Origin: Ignavibacteria bacterium
GTDB taxonomy: Bacteria > Bacteroidota > Ignavibacteria > Tepidaquicellales > OLB5
NCBI GenBank assembly: GCA_019912545.1
Contig: JAIOIK010000198.1
Span: 6,679 to 70,678, forward strand
Direction: 5' to 3'
DNA length: 64,000 nucleotides
Shown: piece by piece, positions 8,906 to 18,338 of the stretch
Layout: every line of letters begins with the position of its first letter
Numbering within the stretch: position 1 is the stretch's first letter
The notes under the pieces: generated by a model
Told to the model about the DNA's origin: nothing
Database searches by the model: none
The model's input: only the letters and a program-made list of their open reading frames with translations
Program-made: the position numbers and the translations under genes

Positions 8906-10648
8906 TTATTTGATGAGCAGCATCTTTTTGGTGATCTTAATATTGCCGGATTGCAGTGTATAAAAATATACGCCTCCTGCAAAACCGTTTGCGTCCCATG
9001 CTGCCTCATATATGCCTGGGGTTAAATGCCCAATCAAAAGATCCCCAACCAATTTTCCCGTAACATCAAATATCCGAAGACTTGAACCATGCTTGCCTTC
9101 TACCCATGGTATAGAAAACCTGATCTTAGTAACCGGGTTAAACGGATTTGGAAAGTTCTGGCTTAATGAAAATTCAGATGGAATTTCGTTTCCCACATTG
9201 CTTATTCCTGTTTCATTCAGTACTGTGATATAGCAAGCCTTTACAAGAGTATCTGAACCGAATGCATTTGCTGCCACAAGTGTTACCTGGTATACACCCG
9301 GAGAACTGTATGAAATATTTACCGGGTTCTGCTGATTTGAAGTGGGAATATTCGAGCCGGGAAATTGCCACAACCATGATGTTGGAGCAAATGAAGACTG
9401 ATCTGTAAAATTGATTTGTTCACCCATAAGAATAACATTCTTACTTGCTTTAAAATCTGATACAGGTTTAATTGTATAATTTGTTTTATATGCTTTGATC
9501 TCTGTGCCACTGCCTGCAGTTATAAAGATTCCGTCTTTAGATAGCGATGGGCCGCTATAATAATTATATGGTGTGTTAATAGTCCATTTAACTGTTTGCA
9601 GATTTGGTGAGAACGCAACGTACCTGCCATTACCTGTTTCGGCTGTGCTGATGTATATAGTCGAATCACCGCCGGAGGCAAAGTATGAAAGCGGTGTCCT
9701 GGTTTGGGTTGAGTCCAGGAAATTTCCGTTTGCAGGATCAAGCCTGAATGTTGTACTGTTTGCAAACTGAGATGGATCGTTAATATTGGATGCATACAAA
9801 GTACCGTCCCTGCCTACACCTTTAACTACATATCCCGGGCTGCGGCTCCATTGCTGAACAAAAGCGCTTCCATTATCCCTGAAAGCATACAGCATACCGC
9901 CATCTCTGCAAATATAAATTGTACCATCCGGCCCGATGCAAAGATCATTCTCCTGGTCACCATCACCGGGCAGATCTGCAGAAGTATATTTTGTTGCCCC
10001 TGTATTCATGTCAATTGCGATAAGTTTTTTCGGAGTTACGATAGACCCTGTCCAATGATAATATGTATTTCCGTAAATGCAGTATCCGCCATCGGGTGAA
10101 ACAGGAATAATGTAATTATTCGTCCATTTGGCAATACCAGTGGTTTTGTCAATTCTCCTGCCTTTATCCACAGGGTCGCCGTTACATGCAAACAGCAGCC
10201 CGGTATTTCCGGGGAACATATCAGAGGCTATTGACCATTTGACCGAACCATCGGAAATGCTGAGAGCGTATAATATCCCGGTAAAATAGTCATGAGCGTA
10301 AACTGCATCCTCATTGAATCCAACAGCATACATCCTTGAAGATGCGTTGATCATCTTCTCCCATATTAAAGCGCCGGAGTTTAAATTTCTCAGCTCGATC
10401 TTTCCGGTGTATGGCGAAAGCACTACACGGGATGTTACAAACTTATCAACAAAGGTATACACCGAGTTTCCCCAGGCAGTGGTGTTTGTACTGTTAACAG
10501 TCCAGAAAGCCGAAACTGTATTATTTGGTCCGGTTATTTTGCTAATGCCGTTTCTTTGAACATTGCCGCCTGTTGTAAACCAGTTTTGAGAAAAAATGGT
10601 GGAAGATAATGTGATAAAGAAAAAGAAGTGCAGAAGAAGAGTTTTCAT
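8906..10648 (-). CDS. T9SS-secreted PQQ-like beta-propeller protein with PKD domain
   Basis: Signal peptide MKTLLLHFFFFITLSSTIFSQ. A repetitive propeller-like region follows. PKD-like segment INFTDQSSFAPTSWLWQFPGSNIPTSNQQNPVNISYSSPGVYQVTLVAANAFGSDT. CTD SQNFPNPFNPVTKIRFSIP..KKMLLIK. Confidence 0.8.
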   Translation of the reverse strand: MKTLLLHFFFFITLSSTIFSQNWFTTGGNVQRNGISKITGPNNTVSAFWTVNSTNTTAWGNSVYTFVDKFVTSRVVLSPYTGKIELRNLNSGALIWEKMINASSRMYAVGFNEDAVYAHDYFTGILYALSISDGSVKWSIASDMFPGNTGLLFACNGDPVDKGRRIDKTTGIAKWTNNYIIPVSPDGGYCIYGNTYYHWTGSIVTPKKLIAIDMNTGATKYTSADLPGDGDQENDLCIGPDGTIYICRDGGMLYAFRDNGSAFVQQWSRSPGYVVKGVGRDGTLYASNINDPSQFANSTTFRLDPANGNFLDSTQTRTPLSYFASGGDSTIYISTAETGNGRYVAFSPNLQTVKWTINTPYNYYSGPSLSKDGIFITAGSGTEIKAYKTNYTIKPVSDFKASKNVILMGEQINFTDQSSFAPTSWLWQFPGSNIPTSNQQNPVNISYSSPGVYQVTLVAANAFGSDTLVKACYITVLNETGISNVGNEIPSEFSLSQNFPNPFNPVTKIRFSIPWVEGKHGSSLRIFDVTGKLVGDLLIGHLTPGIYEAAWDANGFAGGVYFYTLQSGNIKITKKMLLIK

Positions 10649-10878
10649 GGTTTTTATTAATTAAATATACTCAATTATATATATGTTTTTGGATTAAATC
10701 TATTAACATATTAATGTACAAAAAGATGTATTGAAAAAACATTTATTAAGATTAAATTATCAATTAAACATAGCAGAAAACATACAAACATTTACAATTG
10801 AATGGTTGAAACTTTAATGCCGATTATGCATTTATAAATACCAAAGCCAAATAACTTTAAAAACTTAATGGAGGAATC

Positions 10879-11466
10879 ATGTTCAAAAAAACAACCTTTT
10901 TAGCTGTTTTATTAACAATTTTAGCCCTAAATGTATCTGCAAAAAGCCCGGGAGATAAATCTGATGATTTTACACTGGCAAACTGGGACGGAACAAAATA
11001 CAATTTGACCGAAGCTTTAGCCAGCTCTAAAAACGGAGTCATCGTTGTTTTCTGGTCAACCGAGTGTCCGTGGGTTCAGCCGTATAATGACAGGATTAAT
11101 GATTATGTCAAGGAAATGAGTGATAAAGGATTTACTGTTTGGGCTATTAATGCAAACAATACGGAATCACTTGAAGAAGTAACTGAGCATACAAAGAAGA
11201 ACGCTTACGCTTTTCCTATGCTTAAGGATGTAAACAATGTAGTTGCAGATATGCTTGGCGCTACAAGAACTCCCGAAGCATTTATGATCTCAAAAGAAAT
11301 GGTTATTCTTTACCATGGCAGGATCTCAGATAACAAAAATAAAGCTGAGCAGACAACCGTTGACCTGATGAATGCAGTGAACGATGTATCCGCAGGAGGC
11401 GAAGTTTCGGTCAAGGAAACCAAATCATTTGGCTGCGGTATCAAAAAAGTGGACCAGCAAAACTAA
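10879..11466 (+). CDS. secreted thioredoxin-fold (redoxin/TlpA-like) protein
   Basis: Signal peptide, VVFWSTECPWVQPY (single-Cys CPW motif), TRTPEAFMI..YHGRISDN, C-terminal FGCGIK. Confidence 0.7.
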   Translation: MFKKTTFLAVLLTILALNVSAKSPGDKSDDFTLANWDGTKYNLTEALASSKNGVIVVFWSTECPWVQPYNDRINDYVKEMSDKGFTVWAINANNTESLEEVTEHTKKNAYAFPMLKDVNNVVADMLGATRTPEAFMISKEMVILYHGRISDNKNKAEQTTVDLMNAVNDVSAGGEVSVKETKSFGCGIKKVDQQN

Positions 11467-11482
11467 ACAGGGATAATCAGGT

Positions 11483-11977
11483 ATGGCATATTTAAAAATA
11501 ACTGCAGCATCTTTGATCATTGCTTTTTTATTTATTTCTGAAGCAGTTTCGCAGGAAGTAAAACAGGTTAACAGTGTTGATGAACTGAAAACTGTACTTG
11601 AAGCTGGCAAAGGAAAAGTAATGCTGGTTAATTACTGGGCAACATGGTGCATTCCGTGTGTAAAGGAGTTCCCTGAGCTTGTGAAACTTTATTCTGCATA
11701 TAAGGAAAAGAATTTTGAACTTGTGTTCATTTCTCTTGACGACATAAGTGATAAAGATACAAAGCTCAAGCAGTTCCTATCAAAGCAAGGAGTGGATTTC
11801 ACTACTTATTTTGGGAATTTCCCGAAACCTGAAATATTAATGGACTATATGGATAAAAACTGGCAGGGAGAGATTCCGGCAACTTTTATTTTTGATAAAG
11901 AAGGGAAGCCTGTAAAGACAATACTGGGAGCACAAAGCTATGAGCAATTTGAAGCAGAGATATTGAAATTAATGTAA
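11483..11977 (+). CDS. TlpA-family thiol:disulfide oxidoreductase
   Basis: VNYWATWCIPCVKEFPEL (WCxxC active site) after a signal/anchor sequence; thioredoxin-fold length. Confidence 0.85.
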   Translation: MAYLKITAASLIIAFLFISEAVSQEVKQVNSVDELKTVLEAGKGKVMLVNYWATWCIPCVKEFPELVKLYSAYKEKNFELVFISLDDISDKDTKLKQFLSKQGVDFTTYFGNFPKPEILMDYMDKNWQGEIPATFIFDKEGKPVKTILGAQSYEQFEAEILKLM

Positions 11978-11982
11978 CGAAT

Positions 11983-12110
11983 AGAAGCTGTCTTAAAAGT
12001 AATATTTTTCGGTGGCACAGACATTCTTGTCTGTGAAAGTTAAACATAAATGAGGTTTTCGACAGACAGGAATGTCTTTCCCACTGGTTTTAAGACAGCC
12101 TCTTTTTTTA
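11983..12110 (+). repeat. composite palindromic element (two convergent REP units inside an outer stem) followed by a T-run; probable terminator of the tlpA-like gene
   Basis: Outer arms GCTGTCTTAAAA (11986-11997) / TTTTAAGACAGC (12088-12099). Inner units GTGGCACAGACATTCTTGTCTGTG (12012-12035) and GACAGACAGGAATGTCTTTCCCAC (12061-12084). Then ctcttttttt (12101-12110). Confidence 0.65.
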
Positions 12111-12146
12111 TGCCTCTGAGAATAATTTTCACCTGAGAAAACTATA

Positions 12147-12584
12147 CTACCCCGGCAGCTTCGCCATCTGGAACCAAAAATCCTCGATTATCTTAACTGC
12201 TTTTGTATATTCATCAAAATCAACCGGCTTAGTAACGTAACAATTAGCATTTAAATCGTATGATTTAGTCACATGCTCTTCTGAACTTGAACTGCTGAGC
12301 ATTATAACCGGTATTTTTCTTAATGCAGGGTCAGTTTTTATCTTTTCAAGCACTTCAAAACCATTCTTTTTGGGCAGATTAATATCCAACAGAATAATAT
12401 CTGGTTTAATTCTAGCAGAATACTGCGCCTTTGCATACAGAAAATTCAATGCATCTTCTCCGTCTGTTGCAACAGAAAAATTTTTTTCAATTTTGCTTTC
12501 ACTGAAAGCTTCTCTTATCAGGCGAACATCACCTTCATTATCCTCAACCAGGAGTATATGCAAACTTCTCGGAATGATATCCAT
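12147..12584 (-). CDS. single-domain response regulator (CheY/Rcp1-like receiver)
   Basis: ILLVEDNEGDVRLIREAF.., phospho-acceptor context DIILLDINLPKKNG, ..VIMLSSS.., no output domain. Confidence 0.9.
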   Translation of the reverse strand: MDIIPRSLHILLVEDNEGDVRLIREAFSESKIEKNFSVATDGEDALNFLYAKAQYSARIKPDIILLDINLPKKNGFEVLEKIKTDPALRKIPVIMLSSSSSEEHVTKSYDLNANCYVTKPVDFDEYTKAVKIIEDFWFQMAKLPG

Positions 12585-12715
12585 TTTTTATAGTTTAGTA
12601 AACTAAAATACTCAAATATTTTTCTAACAACAATGTACAAGCTTAAAGGGCTAAGCGGAGAACTGTGGCTAAGTATCTGATCTGCAGCTAAGTGAACCTA
12701 TTGCAGAAATTAAAC

Positions 12716-15700
12716 TTAATCCGGAATTGTAAAATTGAAAGTTGATCCCTCGCCGGGTGCTGACTCAACCCAAAGGTGGCCGCCAAGCTTTTCAATTATC
12801 CTCTTGCAGATAGCAAGCCCGATACCAGTACCCGGGTATTCAGAATTATTATGCAGGCGCTGGAATATAATAAATATCTTATCGCTGAATTCTTTATCGA
12901 TGCCAATTCCGTTATCTGATACTGTAAACAGCCATTCATCACCGGCATGCTTCGCAGAAATATTTACAACAGGTGCAGTATCATCTTTTTTGAATTTGAT
13001 GGCATTGCTGATGAGATTCTGGAAAAGCTGGTTCATTTGCAGCTGATTTGCCCTAACAGTAGGCAGTGTTTCTGCATTAACAACTGCTCCGTTATCCTCT
13101 ATTGATGCTCTAAGATTTGTTAATGTCTGCTCAAGAACTTTATTGCAGTCAACATCTTCAAGCGGGGCTTCTTTTGTATTTACTCTTGAATAAACCAACA
13201 GGTCATTAATTAGGACCTTCATTCTCATAACACCATCAACTGCATAATTGATAAATTCATCCGCTTCACCGCTTAATTTGCCCTTATATCTGCGCTGTAA
13301 AAGCTGAATATAACTGGCAACCATCCTGAGCGGTTCCTGTAGGTCATGGCTGGCAACATAAGCAAATTGTTCCAGTTCTTTATTTGATTGTGACAGCTTA
13401 TCTGCAAGCTGTTTAAGCTTTTCTTCGATCGTCTTGTGTTCTGTAATATTGATAAGAACTCCTGCCATATGAGAATCACCGTTATTGCGCACTTTTATCA
13501 TGTGGTCTTCAACCCAGATATATCTGCCATCTGCTTTTCTTACTCTGAAATCAAGATTCAAAACTCCGGGAGACCCGATTTTATGCCATTCTTTTGTTTT
13601 CTCATCTATGGCCTTCCAGTCGCCCGGATGTGTGATGGTCTTAAAGAAATCTCTGTCCTGGAACATAGAAGAAGAATACCCAAGCATTTCCAGTACATTA
13701 TCACTCATAAACTCCTTGCCGCCGCCGGTTTCATATAAAACTACATCCTGAAGATTTTTAAGCAGAGTTGCCAGGCGGAACTGTGTTTTGCTAAGTTCTT
13801 CCTGTGCCTGCTTAGCATCGGTTATATCTCTTTGAGAGCCCCAGAGCCTCACAAGATTATCATTTTCTACTATCCCTACAAGATTATTTACAAAGATCTT
13901 CTTATTGTTATGCTTATCTTTTTCAACAGACTCTATGTTATCGATCTTATACCCGTTCATAAAACTTTTTCTGAGGTATTCAATATTCTTCGGTTCAGCC
14001 TCCGGCATCAGCTCACCCAATCTTGCGCCAACAATATCAACAGCAGAATCATAACCGTACATTCCGGCAAATACATCATTGCATTCCGCAAGATAGCCGT
14101 ATTTGAATGCCAGCTTGATCTGTTCATCGACAGGAAGTTTAACCGGGATCGGTTCAAGGAACTCAAAACGCCAAATACCCTCAGTACTTTGCTTCACAAA
14201 GGCGCGGTATCTTTCCTCACTCTTTCTTAATGCTTTTTCGGTTTCTTTTCTTTCAGTAATATCACTGTAAATACCGTAAACACCTATCTGGTCTTCTTCA
14301 AGCACGATCGGATAAGCCAGGATCGATACTTCTACCATACTTCCGTCTTTTCGCTTTCGCTCGGTTTCTCTGTGTATAACCTCACCCCTGAGTACAAAAA
14401 GCGTCATCTGAGATGCTTGTTCTATTTGGCTTTCAGGAACAATTATTGAATTAAGCACTTTTCCTTTGATTTCTTCCACGCCAAACTGGAACATACGTTC
14501 AAAACCTTTGTTTGCATTCAGTATCCTGTCCTGGTTATCAAGTATAACGATACCTTCGGGTGAGTTCTCAAATAATTGCTGGAAATATGACTTTTGAATG
14601 AGGATTTCCTGTTCTGCTTTCTTTCGGCCGGTAATATCCCTGTAATTAAGCACTATAGCGCCAATAGAAGGATCTCCAAGCAGATTATGCGCAGTTGCTT
14701 CATGCCACATCCAGTGACCGTCACTATGGCGGAACCTGAACTGAACATTGTTGATGATCTCGCCCGGTGTTCTCTGAACATTATTGATCAGCTTTCTTGC
14801 CTCGGGAAGATCTTCTTCATTAATAAAGTCGAAAATATTTTTTCCGGCATATTCTTCGATACTGTATCCCAATATTTTTGTAATTGAAGGACTTGCATAA
14901 ACAATATTTCCATTTTCATCCACAAGTGAGATCAAATCAGTAATATTTTCAATTAATGCCCTGAAGCGCTTGTCCTTTTCCCGTAGTTCTTCTTCAGTCT
15001 TTTTCTGTTCTGTAACATCTATGCATATCTGGTTAATAGCATGCGCTTCTCCATCCATATCAAATTCCGCATACAGGTATGTATCAAGCCACACAGTCTT
15101 TTTAAACCTGTTGACTATTCTGTAATCGATATGCTGAGTACCTGAATAATGGACTTCTGCCCAGCGGCTGTAGAATCCGAAGACCTTATCCCTGTCATCC
15201 TTATGGATCATTTCGATCAGTTTATCTTCATTAAGAGTGTTGAATTCTTCTATGCTGTATCCTGATTGCCTCATGAATTCATCATTTACAAAATCATAAG
15301 TCTTGGATTTCAGAATTATCCTTGTTACTGCTACCGGGGCATTTGCGGCAAGGTTCTTATATCTTTGTTCGCTCTCAAGAATCTTCACCTGTGCGGTTTT
15401 CTGATCTGTAATATCTATACATATCTGGTTGATCGCCAGGAGTTTTCCTGCTTCATCAAAATCAGCAAACAAGAAAGTATCCACCCAGATCATTTCACCT
15501 GAGCGTTTATATGTTCTGTAATCAATGTGCTGTGTTCCCTTAAATCCTTCTTCCTGCCACTTCCTGTAAAATGCTGTAACCTTTTCTTTGTCTTCCGGAT
15601 AAGCCATCTGCTTAAGTGTTTCCTTATCCAGAGCATTGTACTCTTCCATATTATACCCGGTTTGACGTATAAATTCATCATTCACGTATTCATATTTCAT

Positions 15701-18076
15701 CGTATCGGCAGAAATTCTGGTTACTGCAATCGGCGCATTAGTTGCAAGGTTTTTATATTTCTTTTCACTTTCAAGAATTGCCAGCTCAGCTTTCTTGCGT
15801 TCTGTTATATCTATACATATCTCGTTCATCATTACTGCCCTGCCTGACTCATCGAAATCTGCATAGATGAAAGTATCCAGCCAGATCAGCTGACGTTTAA
15901 TATTCAGTATTCTGTAATCAAAGTGAAGTATATTCCTGAACCCGTCAAGTTTCCATTTTTCATAATTCGCCTGTACTTTACTTCTGTCTTCTGAATAAAT
16001 TATCCTCGTTTTTTCAGTTCTGGAAAGTTTGCTATATTCTTCCACAGAGCAGCCCATCTGGCGGGCAAACTCATCATTTGCATATTCAAAATTGTTGTTT
16101 ATCATTGAGAATCTTGCCACAGATACAGGAGCATTCTGCGCAAGGTTCCTGTACTTTCGTTCGCTATCCAGCAACGCCAGCTGGAACTCCTTATTGCGCG
16201 TAATATCACGGCAAATGATAAAGAGCTCTTTAGGGTTGCCCTGATCATCGTTTATCAGCCTGGTGCTTTCGTTAACCCAGATCACAGAACCGTCTTTTCT
16301 GACTTTTCTGAATTCAAGATTGGCGTTCCCAAGCTTTTCTGAAAAAATTTCAGAGATCCGTTTTTTTACAAGAGGCAGATCATCAGGATGAACAACACAC
16401 CATATTTCTTCACCTATCAGGTCATCTAACGTATATCCCAGGTACTCAGCCCCGAATCTGTTTACTGATTTGACTATTCCTTCTCCGGAAACCGAAAAGT
16501 ACATGTCCGGTGCACTATCATAAAGGTCCTGGTATCTTTTCTCACTTTTCTTAACAGCTGCTTCAGCTTTTCTTCGCTCTGTGATATCGCTTGCTATTCC
16601 GATGTGAGCTACAACTGTTCCCTTGTCATTCTTTAAAATTGACGTAGAAAGATATACCGGAAATTCGCGGCCGTCTTTTGACCTGTTAATAAGCTCTCCC
16701 TGCCATCCTCCTCTATCAGTACCTTCCAATATCTCCAGGTTTACATTCTCCGGATTTCTTGAACCGCGGATAACATTGATTGATTTTCCGAGTATATCTT
16801 CTTTTGTGTAACCATATATCTTTTCAAATGCATCATTTATGAAGATCACTTTCCCTTCGAGATCGGTTATGCTTACACATTCACTAATACCCTTTACAGC
16901 CTGGGCAAGCATGTTTATCTTTTCCTGCGCGATCTTTCTTTCGGAAGTATCCCTTACAAACAGCTGTACTACTTCTTCATCAAGAAGCCTGATAAGGCGC
17001 ATACTTATTTCAACTTCTACAAAAGACCCGTCCTTTCTCTTGTATTGAGTCTCGAACTGGTAATTGCCTTTTTCTTTCAGAGAAGAGTATATAACAAAAG
17101 TATTATCAATTATGTTTTCGTTTATAAGGTCAGAAAATTTCAGATGAAGAAGTTCATCTTTAGTATATCCAAGCAATTTTCCGGCCTGGTTGTTCACTGA
17201 AATGATCCTGCCGTTTAAAGACTGTACAAATATTGCATCTGTTGCAAAATCAAACAGGTTCCTGAACTTATTTTCACTTTCCTTAAGAGCATTCTCGGAG
17301 ATCTTTCTTTCCGTGATATCCTGTATGATAAGTACAGCGCCAGTCACTTTTCCTTTATCATCTCTTAGTGGAGAGGAACTGTGGTCTATAGTAATTTCCC
17401 TGCCGTTTTTTGCGATCAGAATGGTATGATTGCTTCTGCCAATCACAATATTCTCTTTTAAAACTCTTTCGATGGGGTTAATGACTGTTTCTTTAGTATC
17501 TTCATCCAATAGCACAAAAACATCATTAGCATTCTTTCCGGTTATTTCTGAGAGTTCCCAGCCCGTCAAAGCCTCTGCAACCGGGTTCATGAACCTTATC
17601 TGGCCCAGCTCATCAGTTACTATTACTGCATCACCCACACTGTTCAAAATAGTACCAAGCCACCTTTCGTTTTCCTTAAGGCGGGTTTCCATCTGGTGCT
17701 TGTAAAGTGCCATTTCAATACTGGACCTTAAGTATCTTTCCTCGAAAGGTTTTAAGATATAACCAAGAGGCTCAGTCATCTTGGCGCGTTTTAGTGTCTT
17801 ATCATCTTCGTAAGCAGTTAAGTAAACAATAGGGATATTATACTTCTTCCTTATCTCCATAGCCGTTTCGATGCCATCGATATCGCCTTTTAAGACAATA
17901 TCCATCAGCACAAGATCAGGGCGCAGTTCTTCAGCGCGCTGAATTGCTTCCCTTCCTGTGAATACAACATCCGGCACAGTATACCCTAGGCCTTCAAGAC
18001 AGTTCTTTATATCCTGGGCAATAATACCTTCGTCTTCAACTACCATTATACGCGGGGATCCGTTAAGCGTACTCAA
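12716..18076 (-). CDS. hybrid sensor histidine kinase: N-terminal receiver, about 12 PAS/PAC modules, HisKA, HATPase_c
   Basis: REC: IMVVEDEGIIAQDI..DLVLMDIVLKGDIDG. Many ..DITERK.. PAC ends. H-box FAYVASHDLQEPLRMV. N/G boxes NLISNAIKF, DNGIGID, GTGIGLAICKRI. Confidence 0.9.
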   Translation of the reverse strand: MSTLNGSPRIMVVEDEGIIAQDIKNCLEGLGYTVPDVVFTGREAIQRAEELRPDLVLMDIVLKGDIDGIETAMEIRKKYNIPIVYLTAYEDDKTLKRAKMTEPLGYILKPFEERYLRSSIEMALYKHQMETRLKENERWLGTILNSVGDAVIVTDELGQIRFMNPVAEALTGWELSEITGKNANDVFVLLDEDTKETVINPIERVLKENIVIGRSNHTILIAKNGREITIDHSSSPLRDDKGKVTGAVLIIQDITERKISENALKESENKFRNLFDFATDAIFVQSLNGRIISVNNQAGKLLGYTKDELLHLKFSDLINENIIDNTFVIYSSLKEKGNYQFETQYKRKDGSFVEVEISMRLIRLLDEEVVQLFVRDTSERKIAQEKINMLAQAVKGISECVSITDLEGKVIFINDAFEKIYGYTKEDILGKSINVIRGSRNPENVNLEILEGTDRGGWQGELINRSKDGREFPVYLSTSILKNDKGTVVAHIGIASDITERRKAEAAVKKSEKRYQDLYDSAPDMYFSVSGEGIVKSVNRFGAEYLGYTLDDLIGEEIWCVVHPDDLPLVKKRISEIFSEKLGNANLEFRKVRKDGSVIWVNESTRLINDDQGNPKELFIICRDITRNKEFQLALLDSERKYRNLAQNAPVSVARFSMINNNFEYANDEFARQMGCSVEEYSKLSRTEKTRIIYSEDRSKVQANYEKWKLDGFRNILHFDYRILNIKRQLIWLDTFIYADFDESGRAVMMNEICIDITERKKAELAILESEKKYKNLATNAPIAVTRISADTMKYEYVNDEFIRQTGYNMEEYNALDKETLKQMAYPEDKEKVTAFYRKWQEEGFKGTQHIDYRTYKRSGEMIWVDTFLFADFDEAGKLLAINQICIDITDQKTAQVKILESEQRYKNLAANAPVAVTRIILKSKTYDFVNDEFMRQSGYSIEEFNTLNEDKLIEMIHKDDRDKVFGFYSRWAEVHYSGTQHIDYRIVNRFKKTVWLDTYLYAEFDMDGEAHAINQICIDVTEQKKTEEELREKDKRFRALIENITDLISLVDENGNIVYASPSITKILGYSIEEYAGKNIFDFINEEDLPEARKLINNVQRTPGEIINNVQFRFRHSDGHWMWHEATAHNLLGDPSIGAIVLNYRDITGRKKAEQEILIQKSYFQQLFENSPEGIVILDNQDRILNANKGFERMFQFGVEEIKGKVLNSIIVPESQIEQASQMTLFVLRGEVIHRETERKRKDGSMVEVSILAYPIVLEEDQIGVYGIYSDITERKETEKALRKSEERYRAFVKQSTEGIWRFEFLEPIPVKLPVDEQIKLAFKYGYLAECNDVFAGMYGYDSAVDIVGARLGELMPEAEPKNIEYLRKSFMNGYKIDNIESVEKDKHNNKKIFVNNLVGIVENDNLVRLWGSQRDITDAKQAQEELSKTQFRLATLLKNLQDVVLYETGGGKEFMSDNVLEMLGYSSSMFQDRDFFKTITHPGDWKAIDEKTKEWHKIGSPGVLNLDFRVRKADGRYIWVEDHMIKVRNNGDSHMAGVLINITEHKTIEEKLKQLADKLSQSNKELEQFAYVASHDLQEPLRMVASYIQLLQRRYKGKLSGEADEFINYAVDGVMRMKVLINDLLVYSRVNTKEAPLEDVDCNKVLEQTLTNLRASIEDNGAVVNAETLPTVRANQLQMNQLFQNLISNAIKFKKDDTAPVVNISAKHAGDEWLFTVSDNGIGIDKEFSDKIFIIFQRLHNNSEYPGTGIGLAICKRIIEKLGGHLWVESAPGEGSTFNFTIPD
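15015..16205 (-). repeat. intragenic tandem triplication of a ~395-bp (~131-aa) PAS module
   Basis: Three consecutive units each run E(S/R)E(R/K/Q)(K/R)Y(R/K)NLA.NAP(V/I).V.R ... (I/L)D(Y/F)R... W(L/V)DT(F/Y)(I/L)(Y/F)A(D/E)FD..G....(M/I)N(E/Q)ICID(I/V)T(E/D)(R/Q)KK. The ICID codons recur at about 15812, 15415 and 15020. Confidence 0.7.
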
Positions 18077-18322
18077 CCTGGTCCCTCTTCTGCAGTATAT
18101 TGTTTTTCAACATTTCGTACCTAAATGTACCCCTTCTTCCGGGGTTTTAAATCTTGTTAGATTTTGATCATTCTGCTTTATATTCCCTATTTTGATGAAC
18201 CGTTTATGAAATCTTTGTATTTGGATTAATAAGTTAACATTTACACGGTATATCATCAATACCCCCAAAACGTTACTTGTTGGACCAATAATTTCCTCAC
18301 TTTTAAATGCTATTATTTCTAT

Positions 18323-18330
18323 TAAATTTG
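18323..18330 (+). promoter_or_regulatory. candidate Bacteroidota-type -7 promoter box (TAnnTTTG)
   Basis: TAAATTTG ends 8 nt before the ATG at 18339, which implies a very short leader. I saw no clear -33 TTG. Confidence 0.25.
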
Positions 18331-18338
18331 TAAATATA

